Assembly (NCBI GenBank): GCA_051418015.1
Contig: JBPRGF010000017.1
Location: 224,001 to 288,000, forward strand
Direction: 5' to 3'
DNA length: 64,000 nt
Source: Candidatus Nitrospinota bacterium M3_3B_026
GTDB taxonomy: Bacteria > Nitrospinota_A > UBA7883 > JBPRGF01
Both the position numbers and the translations under genes were made by a program. This document shows positions 10,279 to 19,959 of this stretch, piece by piece. Under the pieces are notes generated by a model. That model worked only from the letters and a program-made list of their open reading frames with translations. It made no database searches and was not told the origin of the DNA. Numbering within the stretch: position 1 is the stretch's first letter; every line of letters begins with the position of its first letter.

Positions 10279-11628
10279 TTAAAGCGCCAGGTCCCACTGG
10301 AGCAGGAGCTTGTTCTGCGGGACGAAGGTAGAGCCGTCCGGGCCGATCCTGGCGTCCGACTCAGACGAGTCCACATGAAGCTCGAGGCCTATCCTCATGT
10401 TGCTGACCGGCATTATCTCGAACCGCCACTGGAACATCCCCACGTTCGCGCTTTTCATCTCCGTCTTTTCGCCGTCCACCGTCACGGCGTAGTCCTCGTA
10501 GTATGAAAACCCGTAGGCCGCGCCCGTCCTCATCCAGTTGTTGATGAGCCAGATGACGCCGAGGGAGGCGGCGTTCCTGTGAATGGCGTCCCGGCTGAAG
10601 GTGTGGGACACCGCGCCGTCCGCGTCCCTTATGGTCCTGCCGCCGACGGTCATTGTTGACCTTTCAAGCGCGAGGTCCACCTCGAAATAAGGATGGCTGT
10701 AACGCGCCGTCAGGATAAACTCCTGCAGGTCCTCGTTCGGGTCAAGCGGGTCCGGCTCGAAAGTAAGGCTCTCACCCGACGGCGCCGCCGCGGTCATGTC
10801 GAGTTTTCCGCTCTTGTTCCCCCAGTACCGCAGCGACACGGCGACCTTGTCCAGGTCCATCCGCCCCATGAAGGTGTACGCCTTCTCGGCGTCGTCCTCG
10901 TCCGTTCCCGTCAGCCCGGCGCCGGTGTACGCCGCGATCTCGTAAGAGAACAAGCCGTAGCTGGGGCGGCCATATATCCTGATCCCCATGTCGGACCCCG
11001 CGGCGCTGTAGCCCAATGGCGTCGCGTTATCGTTGTAAGGATGGCCGTGATGGGCAAGCTTTGGCGCGCCGAACCAGCTCCTGCCCGCCGGGACGGCGTC
11101 GTAGTCCGTCGCCTCCATAACGCCCACGTCAAGGGAGACGAGGCCGGGCTTGAACCAGTTGACGAACCGCAGGTATCCTTGCTCCACGTCCTCATCGCCC
11201 CAGGGCAGCGAAAGCCAGTAGCCGATGTTCGGCGCCACCGTCCCCCCCAGGCTCGCGGTGAAAGTGTTGCCCTCGACGCAGCAGAAAAAGCCGCCGCTTC
11301 GCTCCCCCTCCGGCCCCTCGTCCGGCTGCTGGAGGATCATCCCGCCGTTCAGGCGGAAAGAAAGCGGAGGGTTCGCGTCGCCGATGTCCAGGAAAAGGCT
11401 GTCCACCGGCGAGAACTTGCCCTTCTCCCCGCCGTCCTCGGAGTCCGGCAGCTGGTAGCCGTTCATCTTGAACTTGCCCCCCACGGCGTTCAGCCTCGGC
11501 CAAGCCGAGTGGCACATGGAGCAGGGGGCCTCGTATTTTTTCGAGAACGCCGGGACGGCCAACGCGGAAACGGGCGCGAACGAAGTTATGACGAAAGCGG
11601 CCAGGATGATTTTAAAAGCGAGTCTCAT
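10279..11628 (-). CDS. Cyc2-like fused monoheme cytochrome c / outer-membrane beta-barrel protein
   Basis: Signal peptide then VPAFSKKYEAPCSMCHSAWPRLNAVGGKFKMNGY, matching the Cyc2 N-terminal pattern; remainder has an alternating beta-strand character. Confidence 0.7.
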   Translation of the reverse strand: MRLAFKIILAAFVITSFAPVSALAVPAFSKKYEAPCSMCHSAWPRLNAVGGKFKMNGYQLPDSEDGGEKGKFSPVDSLFLDIGDANPPLSFRLNGGMILQQPDEGPEGERSGGFFCCVEGNTFTASLGGTVAPNIGYWLSLPWGDEDVEQGYLRFVNWFKPGLVSLDVGVMEATDYDAVPAGRSWFGAPKLAHHGHPYNDNATPLGYSAAGSDMGIRIYGRPSYGLFSYEIAAYTGAGLTGTDEDDAEKAYTFMGRMDLDKVAVSLRYWGNKSGKLDMTAAAPSGESLTFEPDPLDPNEDLQEFILTARYSHPYFEVDLALERSTMTVGGRTIRDADGAVSHTFSRDAIHRNAASLGVIWLINNWMRTGAAYGFSYYEDYAVTVDGEKTEMKSANVGMFQWRFEIMPVSNMRIGLELHVDSSESDARIGPDGSTFVPQNKLLLQWDLAL

Positions 11629-11792
11629 ATCGTCTTTCCAAAAGATCGCGCCGGGCGGGGCCGGGCGTGTATGATGTTGATGTTAAGGGGGAAACGTAGC
11701 ACGGAGGGAAGCGCCCGTCAAGCGGATAGAGTACGGCGCTCTTGTGGAACTCGCGTCCGCGTGGTATTTTACGTTTTTTCAAGTTTTTCAGT

Positions 11793-11869
11793 CGGGACGT
11801 GGCTCAGCCTGGTAGAGCACTCGCTTCGGGAGCGAGGGGTCGCCGGTTCAAATCCGGCCGTCCCGACCA
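11793..11869 (+). tRNA. tRNA-Pro (anticodon CGG)
   Basis: CGGGACG acceptor stem, D-loop AGCCTGGTAGAGC, anticodon arm CTCGC-TTCGGGA-GCGAG, T-loop GGTTCAAATCC, encoded CCA. Confidence 0.97.
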
Positions 11870-11901
11870 TATTCACACACCCGCGCTTTTCGGCCTGTTT
11901 T

Positions 11902-12933
11902 CTAAAGAGTCCCGAATTTTTTCCGGAACGTCTCGACAACCGTCTCCCTGCCGTAACCGGCCAGCAGCGCCTCCCGCGCTCTCATGGCCCGGCCCCGGCG
12001 CTCATCCGGCGGCGCTTCCCTGATCTGTCCCAGGGTCTTCGCGATCTCACCGGGGCTGGAGAAGGCGCACGTCTGCCCCGGGGCGTAATAAGAAGGCTCG
12101 CTGCAGAACGGCTGTGGTATCTCCACGTGTCCTATCCGCCAGAACGCCCCTTCGACAAGTAGGCTTTTGTGACCGCCCCAGAAGTTCGCCGCCACCGGCA
12201 GCCCCGCCAGGACAGCCTCCGCCACCGGCAGCCCCAGCCCCTCGCCAAGGCTGGCCGTGACGTAGGCGTCAAAGTCTTTATACAGGGCGAGGGTCTCATC
12301 GAGCGTGAGCCTTTCCGCGGCGATTTTTATGTCATCCCGCGGAGGGCGCCAGGCGGCCCCGGGCGATGTTTTTATGACAAGCTCCGCCTCGCCCTCCTCC
12401 GGGAACGCCGCCATGAAGCCCTCCATGAGAAGGTGGAACCCTTTGCGGAAATGAGGCTCCCCCACCGACAAGAACCTGAAAGCCCCCGATGACGCCCAGC
12501 TCTCCTTGCGCGGGAGCTCGTCGATGTCCAGGGCGGGTGGCAGCTTAAAGACGGGCGCCTTCAAGCCGCTTCGCAAAAGTATATCGTGGACGTGATCCGA
12601 CGTGACCCATACTTCGTCGAACCGGTTTAGGCGCTCCACCCACGCCCCAGGATACGCGCTCCATTCGTGGGCCACGAGCGCCACATTGTACGCCCCGACG
12701 AGGGGGGAAAAACGCGGGCCAATGGTGTTGCTCAGGGCCACGCCACCCGAGGCGAGCTTTTCCGCCGCGGCGGCCTCTTCCGCCGAGACGGGCGCCTCCA
12801 TCTCCGACACGGTCGCCCCCGCAGCCTCGAGCGTCTGCCGGTAAAGCCTGCCTATGGCGGCGTAGCTTGCTATGCCGGAGTCCGTGAAAAGCGCGGCCTT
12901 TCGCGCCCCCCTGGGGCCGCTGGCGGCGTTCAT
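11902..12933 (-). CDS. Glycosyltransferase family 4 (GT-B fold)
   Basis: FLSVGEPHFRKG, EGLGLPVAEAVLAGLPV (ExxxxxxxE); alternative start 12954. Confidence 0.85.
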   Translation of the reverse strand: MNAASGPRGARKAALFTDSGIASYAAIGRLYRQTLEAAGATVSEMEAPVSAEEAAAAEKLASGGVALSNTIGPRFSPLVGAYNVALVAHEWSAYPGAWVERLNRFDEVWVTSDHVHDILLRSGLKAPVFKLPPALDIDELPRKESWASSGAFRFLSVGEPHFRKGFHLLMEGFMAAFPEEGEAELVIKTSPGAAWRPPRDDIKIAAERLTLDETLALYKDFDAYVTASLGEGLGLPVAEAVLAGLPVAANFWGGHKSLLVEGAFWRIGHVEIPQPFCSEPSYYAPGQTCAFSSPGEIAKTLGQIREAPPDERRGRAMRAREALLAGYGRETVVETFRKKFGTL

Positions 12934-13069
12934 CCCAAATCCATCCTCTTCCAAACGAACAAGATACAGGCTAACAGAATCCGGCGGCCGCAGGATTATG
13001 TCAACCTTATCGGGACGCGGCCCCAGGGCTTGAGAGCCGTCGGCCGGAGGCTATGCTAACCTACCCTCC

Positions 13070-13942
13070 ATGGAGACAGCGAAAAAATCCCCCGCCAAGG
13101 TGAATTTCCTGTTGAAAATCACGGGCCGGAGGATGGACGGATACCACGAGATAAGGTCCGTCATCCAGATGATAGACCTGGCCGACACCCTTACCTTCAG
13201 GCCCAGGGAGGACGGCGTTATAAAGCTGATCTGCGATCATCCTGACGTTCCCACGGACGGGCGCAACCTCGTGATGAAAGCCGCCGAGCAGCTGCGCCGC
13301 CGCGCCGGGATAAGACTGGGGGCGGATATCATGCTGGAAAAGAGGATACCCGTGGCGGCGGGCCTGGGGGGCGGAAGCTCCAACGCCGCCTGCGCCCTGG
13401 CGGCGTTGAACGAGCTGTGGGGCGCGGGCCTTTCCCGCGGCGCGCTGATGGAGGCGGGGCTTGCGGTGGGGGCCGATGTCCCCTTCTTCCTGGGGGAGAG
13501 CGCCCTTGCCTGGGTGGAGGGGATCGGGGAGAAGGTCGCGCAGATGCGCCCCGCGAAAAGCCTGCCCCTGCTGCTTTTGAACCCCGGGTTCGGGATATCC
13601 GCCGGGGAGGCCTATCGCGGCTTCGGCGGGGGGTTCTCCCCGTTCCCGCGCGATCCCGGCCTCGCGGCGGACATGGAGTCGGCCGAGCCGGAGAGGGTGG
13701 CGCGGAGCCTGTCCAACGACCTCGAAGGATGGGCGATGAGAACGCATGTGGGCCTGGCCGCCCTGAAAAAGGCCGTGGAGAGCGCTTCGCCTGAGCCCCT
13801 GGGCGTCCTGATGTCCGGCAGCGGGCCGACCCTGCTTGCCATATACCGTGACGCCGAAGAGACCGCCGAGGCGAAGGCTGCCCTCGGAAACGCCGCGCCT
13901 TTCGTGGCCGCCGCTGAAACGCTTGTGGAAAACCCGGCTTGA
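13070..13942 (+). CDS. ispE: 4-diphosphocytidyl-2-C-methyl-D-erythritol kinase
   Basis: PAKVNFLLKITGRRMDGYHEI, KRIPVAAGLGGGSSNAA, GADVPFF, MSGSG. Confidence 0.96.
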   Translation: METAKKSPAKVNFLLKITGRRMDGYHEIRSVIQMIDLADTLTFRPREDGVIKLICDHPDVPTDGRNLVMKAAEQLRRRAGIRLGADIMLEKRIPVAAGLGGGSSNAACALAALNELWGAGLSRGALMEAGLAVGADVPFFLGESALAWVEGIGEKVAQMRPAKSLPLLLLNPGFGISAGEAYRGFGGGFSPFPRDPGLAADMESAEPERVARSLSNDLEGWAMRTHVGLAALKKAVESASPEPLGVLMSGSGPTLLAIYRDAEETAEAKAALGNAAPFVAAAETLVENPA

Positions 13943-14113
13943 GGCTCCCCGCCTGAACATGCCCCGAAAGCGTCCGGGGCCGCCGAAATTGATTGTAAAT
14001 ACAAGGAAATATGGTTACCATATACAACGAAACAAAACTCGAGCTAAACTCCCTTGAGATGAGCGCCAAAGCTGTCGAGAACCTTCGCCTTAGGCTGTTT
14101 TAAGAGGAGAGCC

Positions 14114-15553
14114 TTGAACCCCGCCGAAATGTTCATCGTAAACAGGAAACTCTTTTTCGGTCTCTCCCCGGACCCTGAGGGAGACCTTTACGCCTGCCTG
14201 GTCAAAAAGATAAAGGGGTCGCTGGTTGCCGTCGTCGTCTCCAACCGCGACAAGGACAAAATCGACATCGACGCGGCGGACAATCTCTATTTTCATGGCA
14301 ACTGGGACGGGCGGTCGTGGATAACCCCCATGAAGATCGCCCAGAAAAACTCTTACCCCCTGCTTATCCTGACCGTGGCCGGAGAGCCCATCCCCATCGC
14401 CGTGGAGGAGGAGGCCGAGCCGCCCGCGCCCACCGAGGAGATAGAATCCATCGGCCTGGACAACAACCTGCCAGGCGAAACCGAAGGCGAGCCCCTTTTT
14501 GGCGCGCCTTCGGCGGACGAGACGCCGGAGGGGGGCTTCCTTGCGCCGCGGGACGAAGCGGCGGATATAGAAAGCGCGGAGGACGAGGAGATCACCGAAG
14601 ACGAACTCCAGTTCGAGCCCCCCGGCCCGATGGTCAACGCCATTGACGACGACCTTTCCGATGCGCGCGAGATAGAAACGGACGAGCTGGAGGAGCGGCT
14701 CGACGAGGATATCCGCGAGACCTTCGGGGAAGAGGATGAATACGGCCGGGCGGACGCGGCCATCGATACCGAAAACGCCGGAGACGACCTGTCCGACATG
14801 TTCATCGCCCCGAAAAACGAGGAATTGAACCTGGACATCAGCGACGGCCCCCGGGAGCCTTTCGGCGCCGACGACATCGAAAGCGGGGGGGGAGACATCT
14901 TCGCCGACACCCGGATCGAAAGACCCGACACCCCGGCATACAGAAGCCCCTCCCAGGCGGGGCGCGCCGAGCCGTCCTTTGAGGATGAGGAAGAGGCCCC
15001 CCATGACTTTTTCGGGCTTTACGTCCACCCGATCGGCGGGGAGATGGTCGAGAAAGTGTCGGAAGCCATCAGGTCGGGCGAACCCCCCCTCCAAGGCCGC
15101 GAAGCCGCCGCCTCCCGGCCCCGCCGTGGCGCGGGGTTGCCCGAGGACCTGGAAGGCCCAGCGCGCGAGGCCCTGGAGACAGTCATCAGCAGGGTGTCGA
15201 GGCTGGAGGAGATGTTTTCCGGAGATTCCGGGGAAGCCGCCGGGGACGAGCCTGCCCGGGAGGAGAGGATAGGCGCCGTCTGCCTGGATCTGGACGAGTG
15301 GCGGATGACCCTGGCCATGGAAAAACCGGTGGAGGAGGGCGCCTTTGCGCTGATCCTCGTGGACCGGCCGTGGATACCGCCGCTACGCTTCCACGCCGTG
15401 GCCGAGGCGGAGAGCTCCCGCCGGTCCGGGGACATGAGTGTGACAGACTTCCGTTTCACCGCCGTCTCCCCCGAAGGGCGGGAGGGGATCACCGCCTACC
15501 TGTCGAACCGGGCGGAAAGCTTCAAACGGCTCAAAGACGCGCTGAACGACTGA
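14114..15553 (+). CDS. Hypothetical protein: N-terminal beta domain, long acidic linker, C-terminal PilZ-like domain
   Basis: AGGAGAG RBS plus TTG start; very D/E-rich middle; C-terminus resembles a degenerate PilZ barrel. Confidence 0.55.
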   Translation: MNPAEMFIVNRKLFFGLSPDPEGDLYACLVKKIKGSLVAVVVSNRDKDKIDIDAADNLYFHGNWDGRSWITPMKIAQKNSYPLLILTVAGEPIPIAVEEEAEPPAPTEEIESIGLDNNLPGETEGEPLFGAPSADETPEGGFLAPRDEAADIESAEDEEITEDELQFEPPGPMVNAIDDDLSDAREIETDELEERLDEDIRETFGEEDEYGRADAAIDTENAGDDLSDMFIAPKNEELNLDISDGPREPFGADDIESGGGDIFADTRIERPDTPAYRSPSQAGRAEPSFEDEEEAPHDFFGLYVHPIGGEMVEKVSEAIRSGEPPLQGREAAASRPRRGAGLPEDLEGPAREALETVISRVSRLEEMFSGDSGEAAGDEPAREERIGAVCLDLDEWRMTLAMEKPVEEGAFALILVDRPWIPPLRFHAVAEAESSRRSGDMSVTDFRFTAVSPEGREGITAYLSNRAESFKRLKDALND

Positions 15554-15557
15554 GGCG

Positions 15558-16775
15558 ATGAGCCTGGACCTTGAGTTTCTGGTTTCCTTCGACAAAAAAA
15601 GGGTCAACAGGGACAGGTACGAGAGCCTGGAGGATTTCCTGGTCCGCCCCGTCCCCGTCAGGATGGGCCAGACCGTCGGCAGGGAGATTGAGTCCGGCGT
15701 GACGCATTCCGACGGGAGGAGAGGCGTGCGGCTGAAGCTCCCCGAGGACGCGCGGACAGCCGACATGCTGGGCGGGAATCTCTCGTTTTCCAAAGACAAT
15801 CCCGGCGATATCGTAAGCGGAATAAACGGCTATCTCCACGCCCGGGAAGGCCTTCTGGCCGTAAGCGACATCCTCGAGGTCTACGGCGACGTCGACTTCG
15901 GCGTGGGAGACATATCCACGGAGTCGGCTGTCAGGATTCACGGAGGTGTCACCGGTGGGCGCAAGGTGAGGTCGAAAGGCGACGTGGAGGTTCTTGGCCT
16001 TGTGGAGGAGGCGGAGATCAGGGCGGGCGGGAATGTCCACCTGAAGGGCGGTATGGCCGGGGCGGACAACAGCCTCGTCCTCGCCGGAAAGGACCTTTAC
16101 GCAAGCTTCGTCCAGCACGGGCGGCTGGAGGCGGAGGGCGACATAGTGGTGGAGGGGCCCATCATGGGATGCGACGTGAGCGCCTCCGGAAAGATCGTCC
16201 AGAAAGGCCGTGGCGCGCTCGTGGGAGGAGCCGCCAGGGCCATGGAGGAGATAAGCGCGAACAACGCGGGGTCGGAGGGAGCCATGCCCACGGAGATCAT
16301 CCTGGGTTATGACCCCTTCGAAAGCCGGCGCAAGGCGGCCGAGTTCAAGAGGCTGAACGATCTGAGAGAAGAGCTTGATACGAAGGAGAAGGAAGCCGCC
16401 TTCGCCGCCGCGTCCCTTGGGAAGCTTGCCCCCCCGGCGCTGGATGAGACTCTGCCAACTATTTTCTGGATGGCCGACACAGCCCGGGCTCCGGAGTTCG
16501 AAAACCTCCGCGACGAAACCAGGGAAAAGTTCAACCAGCTCGGGGCGACGCTCCTGTCCGTTGTCTGGATACGGGGGGAGCTGGAGCGCGTGGAAGACGG
16601 CGGTCCCGAGGAAGGCCACGGAAAAGCCTTCCACAACGCCTCCCTGAAAGTGAGCGGGATCGCCCATCCGGCGGTCAGGATATCCATCCTGGAAAAGTCC
16701 ATAACCCTTACGAAAGAATACGAGCGATCGCGATTTTCCTTGAAAGAGGGGAAGATCACGGTCTCGCCGCTTTGA
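15558..16775 (+). CDS. FapA (DUF342) family flagellar-associated protein
   Basis: EVYGDVDFGVGDI and beta-helix repeats (GDVEVLGLVEEAEIRAGGNV, LEAEGDIVV); in motility operon. Confidence 0.85.
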   Translation: MSLDLEFLVSFDKKRVNRDRYESLEDFLVRPVPVRMGQTVGREIESGVTHSDGRRGVRLKLPEDARTADMLGGNLSFSKDNPGDIVSGINGYLHAREGLLAVSDILEVYGDVDFGVGDISTESAVRIHGGVTGGRKVRSKGDVEVLGLVEEAEIRAGGNVHLKGGMAGADNSLVLAGKDLYASFVQHGRLEAEGDIVVEGPIMGCDVSASGKIVQKGRGALVGGAARAMEEISANNAGSEGAMPTEIILGYDPFESRRKAAEFKRLNDLREELDTKEKEAAFAAASLGKLAPPALDETLPTIFWMADTARAPEFENLRDETREKFNQLGATLLSVVWIRGELERVEDGGPEEGHGKAFHNASLKVSGIAHPAVRISILEKSITLTKEYERSRFSLKEGKITVSPL

Positions 16776-16799
16776 GCGGACTCTGGAGGACAGCCTGAA

Positions 16800-17624
16800 T
16801 TGAGCACGTTCATCGGGATAATCACGGGCGGGGGGTTGCTCTTCTACGCCATACTCCTGCAGGGGGGCGCCGGGATATTCTGGAACCCTTCGTCCCTCAT
16901 GATCGTCTTCGGCGGCACGTTCGCCGCGCTTCTTATCTCTTACCCCCTCCCCAGGGTGATGCGGGTGGCGGGGGTTCTGCTCCAGATATTCAAAAGGGAG
17001 ATACAAAGCCCTTCGTGGGTAATAGAGCTGGTGGTGAGGCTCTCCTTCAAAGCGCGGCAGAAGTCGCTGCTGTCCCTGGAGGAGGACCTCAAGAAGATAG
17101 AGAACAGGCTCATGAGGATCGGCCTGGAGCTTGTCATAGACGGCCAGCCGGCGGGGATGATCCGCGAGGTGCTGGAGACGGAGCTCGACTTCGTCCAGGC
17201 GCGCCACAGGGCCGGCGAGCACATCTTCCGCAGCGCGGCGCGTTTCTCCCCCTCCTTCGGCCTGATCGGCACCCTGATAGGCCTCGTGGCCATGCTGCGG
17301 GGCCTCGGCGGGGATGACACGGCGGCGGTCGTGGGCCAGGGGATGGCGGTGGCGCTCATCACCACCTTCTACGGCGCCATGGTGGCGAACCTCTTTTTCA
17401 CCCCGGTGGCCGAAAAGCTCCGGTCCCGCTCGGACGATGAAATGCTGGTTAGCAGGATAATCATCGAGGGCGTGCTGATGATCCAGGGAGGCATGAACCC
17501 GAGGATCATCGAGCGCAAGCTGAACTCCTTCCTGCCGCCGGAGATGAGAGCCTCCCACTACGACAAGATACTCAAGGAGAGCAGGAAAAGAACCGCCCAG
17601 GCCGGGCGCCAGGGGAAACCGTAA
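16800..17624 (+). CDS. motA: Flagellar stator A subunit (MotA/PomA)
   Basis: SLMIVFGGT, GLELVIDG, PSFGLIGTLIGLV, GMAVALITTFYG. Confidence 0.93.
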   Translation: MSTFIGIITGGGLLFYAILLQGGAGIFWNPSSLMIVFGGTFAALLISYPLPRVMRVAGVLLQIFKREIQSPSWVIELVVRLSFKARQKSLLSLEEDLKKIENRLMRIGLELVIDGQPAGMIREVLETELDFVQARHRAGEHIFRSAARFSPSFGLIGTLIGLVAMLRGLGGDDTAAVVGQGMAVALITTFYGAMVANLFFTPVAEKLRSRSDDEMLVSRIIIEGVLMIQGGMNPRIIERKLNSFLPPEMRASHYDKILKESRKRTAQAGRQGKP

Positions 17625-17626
17625 AG

Positions 17627-18298
17627 ATGGCCAGGAAAATCAAACAATCGGATCTCGAAGACGCGAAGGCCGAAGGGGAGGACGAGAGCGGCTGGCTCAT
17701 CACCCTGAGCGACATGATGATGCTGTTGCTCACCTTTTTCGTGATGATCTTCGCCATCACCTCGCCCACCGACAAGAACTACATAGGGATGCTCAGGAAA
17801 ATAGGCGACGCCCTGGGCGGCAAATCGCTTGTCGAAAGGCAGGCGGCGCCCCTGGAGGATACAAGGGAGAGCATGGAGAAGTTCCTGGAGGACAACAACC
17901 TCGTAAACCAGATCAAGCTCACCTCCGACACCAGGGGGATCGTCCTTTTCGCCGAAGGGGACATGTTCTTCGCCCCAGGCTCGGCCCAGCTCAAGGAGGA
18001 GGTCAAACGCCTCCTGGGATACATCGCCAAAACCCTGAAAAAGACAAATTACAAGGCGCTGGTGGAAGGGCACACCGACGACACCCCCACCAGCGGACAG
18101 GTCTACCCCACAAACTGGGAGCTGTCCACGGCGCGGGCGGCGGCGGTGGTGAGGTATTTCATCGAAGAGGAAAAGCTGGAGCCGCGCCGGTTCTCGGCCG
18201 TCGGCTACGCCCAGTACAAGCCGCGGTACGCGCTGATACCCGAGAACAGGGCGAAAAACAGGAGAGTGGAGATCGTCATACTCCGCGAGGAGTTGTGA
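17627..18298 (+). CDS. motB: Flagellar stator B subunit (MotB/PomB, OmpA domain)
   Basis: WLITLSDMMMLLLTFFV with conserved Asp, VEGHTDD, NWELSTARA, NRRVEI. Confidence 0.93.
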   Translation: MARKIKQSDLEDAKAEGEDESGWLITLSDMMMLLLTFFVMIFAITSPTDKNYIGMLRKIGDALGGKSLVERQAAPLEDTRESMEKFLEDNNLVNQIKLTSDTRGIVLFAEGDMFFAPGSAQLKEEVKRLLGYIAKTLKKTNYKALVEGHTDDTPTSGQVYPTNWELSTARAAAVVRYFIEEEKLEPRRFSAVGYAQYKPRYALIPENRAKNRRVEIVILREEL

Positions 18299-18328
18299 CG
18301 AAAACCGGCGTGTTGACGGAGACGCGAA

Positions 18329-18742
18329 GTGGCTGAAAATCGCGAAAAGCCCGGACCCGGAAAACAGGGCGGTGTCGACAAAAGGCAGTTTTTCAGGTTG
18401 GATTTCCCCGCCCCCGTCCGCTACCGCTTCGCGAAGAAGACCGCCCCCGGAGAGTACCGCGTATCCCCGTACTTCAAGGGCAAGGGGGTGAATTTCTCCG
18501 GCGGAGGCGCGGCCCTGAACGTCGGCAAGCCCCTCCCCCCTAAAACCCTCGTCCAGCTGGAGATGATATTCCCCTTCAGGGAAAGGCCCGTGATGGCCGC
18601 GGCGGAGGTTGTCCGAAGAGAGGCGGCGGAGCTGAAGGGACAGGCCGTCAGCCTGATAATGGTGAGGTTTCTCCTGATCGACGAGGCCGACCAGTCAAAG
18701 CTCGTAAGCTTTCTGATATCCCGTGGCAAGGTGGTCTCATAG
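18329..18742 (+). CDS. PilZ domain protein (c-di-GMP receptor)
   Basis: RQFFR (RxxxR) and NFSGGG (D/NxSxxG). Confidence 0.88.
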   Translation: MAENREKPGPGKQGGVDKRQFFRLDFPAPVRYRFAKKTAPGEYRVSPYFKGKGVNFSGGGAALNVGKPLPPKTLVQLEMIFPFRERPVMAAAEVVRREAAELKGQAVSLIMVRFLLIDEADQSKLVSFLISRGKVVS

Positions 18743-19951
18743 CCCGCCGCCGGCCATCCTGGTCATGTCCCACATCGGCAGGAAAACCGCCAGGGCGATG
18801 AAAAGGACGAGAAGGCCGAGCGAGACGACGAGCGCGGGCTCCATCCAGGCGACAAGGGACCTTATCTTGCGCCCCGCCTCCTTTTCAAAATAGTCCCGCG
18901 TCCTGTAAAGCATCTCGTCCAGAGCGCCCGACGCCTCCCCGGCCTCTATCATCCTGACGGCGACCGGCGGGGCCCCGGCGGCCCTGAGAGACTCGGAAAA
19001 CCCCGCCCCCTCGGCCACCCGCAGGGCGGTCTTTCTCATGGACGCGGCTATGTGGGCGTTGCCCGCCGCCCCAGCCGAGAGCTCGAGCGACTCGATGAGC
19101 GGCGCTCCGGCCCCCAGAAGATCGCCCAGCGCATTGGCCCACCTGGCCATCGCAAGATACATGATTATGCTTCCCAGCGACGGCGCCCTCAGGAGCATCC
19201 TGTCGGCCATGGCGGCCGCGCCCTCCATGGACGCAAGGCTCCTGAAAACCCCCCAGCCGAGGACGGCCACCGCCGCCGCCCACGGCCATCCACGGGTAAC
19301 GGCGCCGCTCACGGCGATGAGCGCCTCCGTGGGAAACGGAAGGGGCGCCTCGATACGTTCGAACACCAACGCGAACCTGGGGACCACGAACGCCAGTAGA
19401 ACAGCGGCGGCCACCGTGGCGGCGAGCAGGACTATCTTGGGATACCGGACCGCCTCCCGCGCCCTCTCCGCGGCCTCCAGGTCGCGTTCGAGCGAAAGGG
19501 CCAGCCTTTCAAGACAGGATTCCAGTCTCCCGGAGCTTTCCCCCGCCGCCACTATGGCCCTCTGAGCATCGGAGAAGATGTCCCCATGGCGGGACATGGC
19601 CGCGCTCAGCGCCTCTCCCTCTCCAACCCTCGCCCTGATGTCCGCGAGGGCTTTTCGCAGGGTCTCGTTCCCTTCCTGATCCCTCAGTATCTCGAGCGAC
19701 GATATTATGGGAACGCCCGCGCCCAGGAGGACGGCCAGCCTGCTGATGAACATTATCCGGTCGCGTGGTGAAACCCGGCGCCGGAGACCGAAAAGAGCGC
19801 CGCGGCCCGCGGTGAGGCGTTTTGTTATCCTCGAAGGGTAAAGCCCTCCCGCCACGAGCCGCCGGGCGGCGTCCTCGGCGGACTCCCCCTCCACGACGCC
19901 CCTGGCTCGCGCGCCCCTCTCATCCCTGGCGACGTATTTATAAGACGGCAT
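18737..19951 (-). CDS. Type II secretion / type IV pilus platform protein (GspF/PilC/MshG family)
   Basis: MPSYKYVARD start, AGESSGRLE, EAVRYP, AGEASGALDEML, MEP...FLPMW. Confidence 0.92.
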   Translation of the reverse strand: MPSYKYVARDERGARARGVVEGESAEDAARRLVAGGLYPSRITKRLTAGRGALFGLRRRVSPRDRIMFISRLAVLLGAGVPIISSLEILRDQEGNETLRKALADIRARVGEGEALSAAMSRHGDIFSDAQRAIVAAGESSGRLESCLERLALSLERDLEAAERAREAVRYPKIVLLAATVAAAVLLAFVVPRFALVFERIEAPLPFPTEALIAVSGAVTRGWPWAAAVAVLGWGVFRSLASMEGAAAMADRMLLRAPSLGSIIMYLAMARWANALGDLLGAGAPLIESLELSAGAAGNAHIAASMRKTALRVAEGAGFSESLRAAGAPPVAVRMIEAGEASGALDEMLYRTRDYFEKEAGRKIRSLVAWMEPALVVSLGLLVLFIALAVFLPMWDMTRMAGGGL

Positions 19952-19959
19952 TTTTTCAA

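Noticed and set aside
11793..12954. tRNA-Pro as a genomic island integration site
   Set aside because: No integrase and no duplicated tRNA 3' end seen; ispE follows closely
14009..14023. Palindrome ATATGGT-T-ACCATAT upstream of the motility operon
   Set aside because: Short, single occurrence, no assignable regulator
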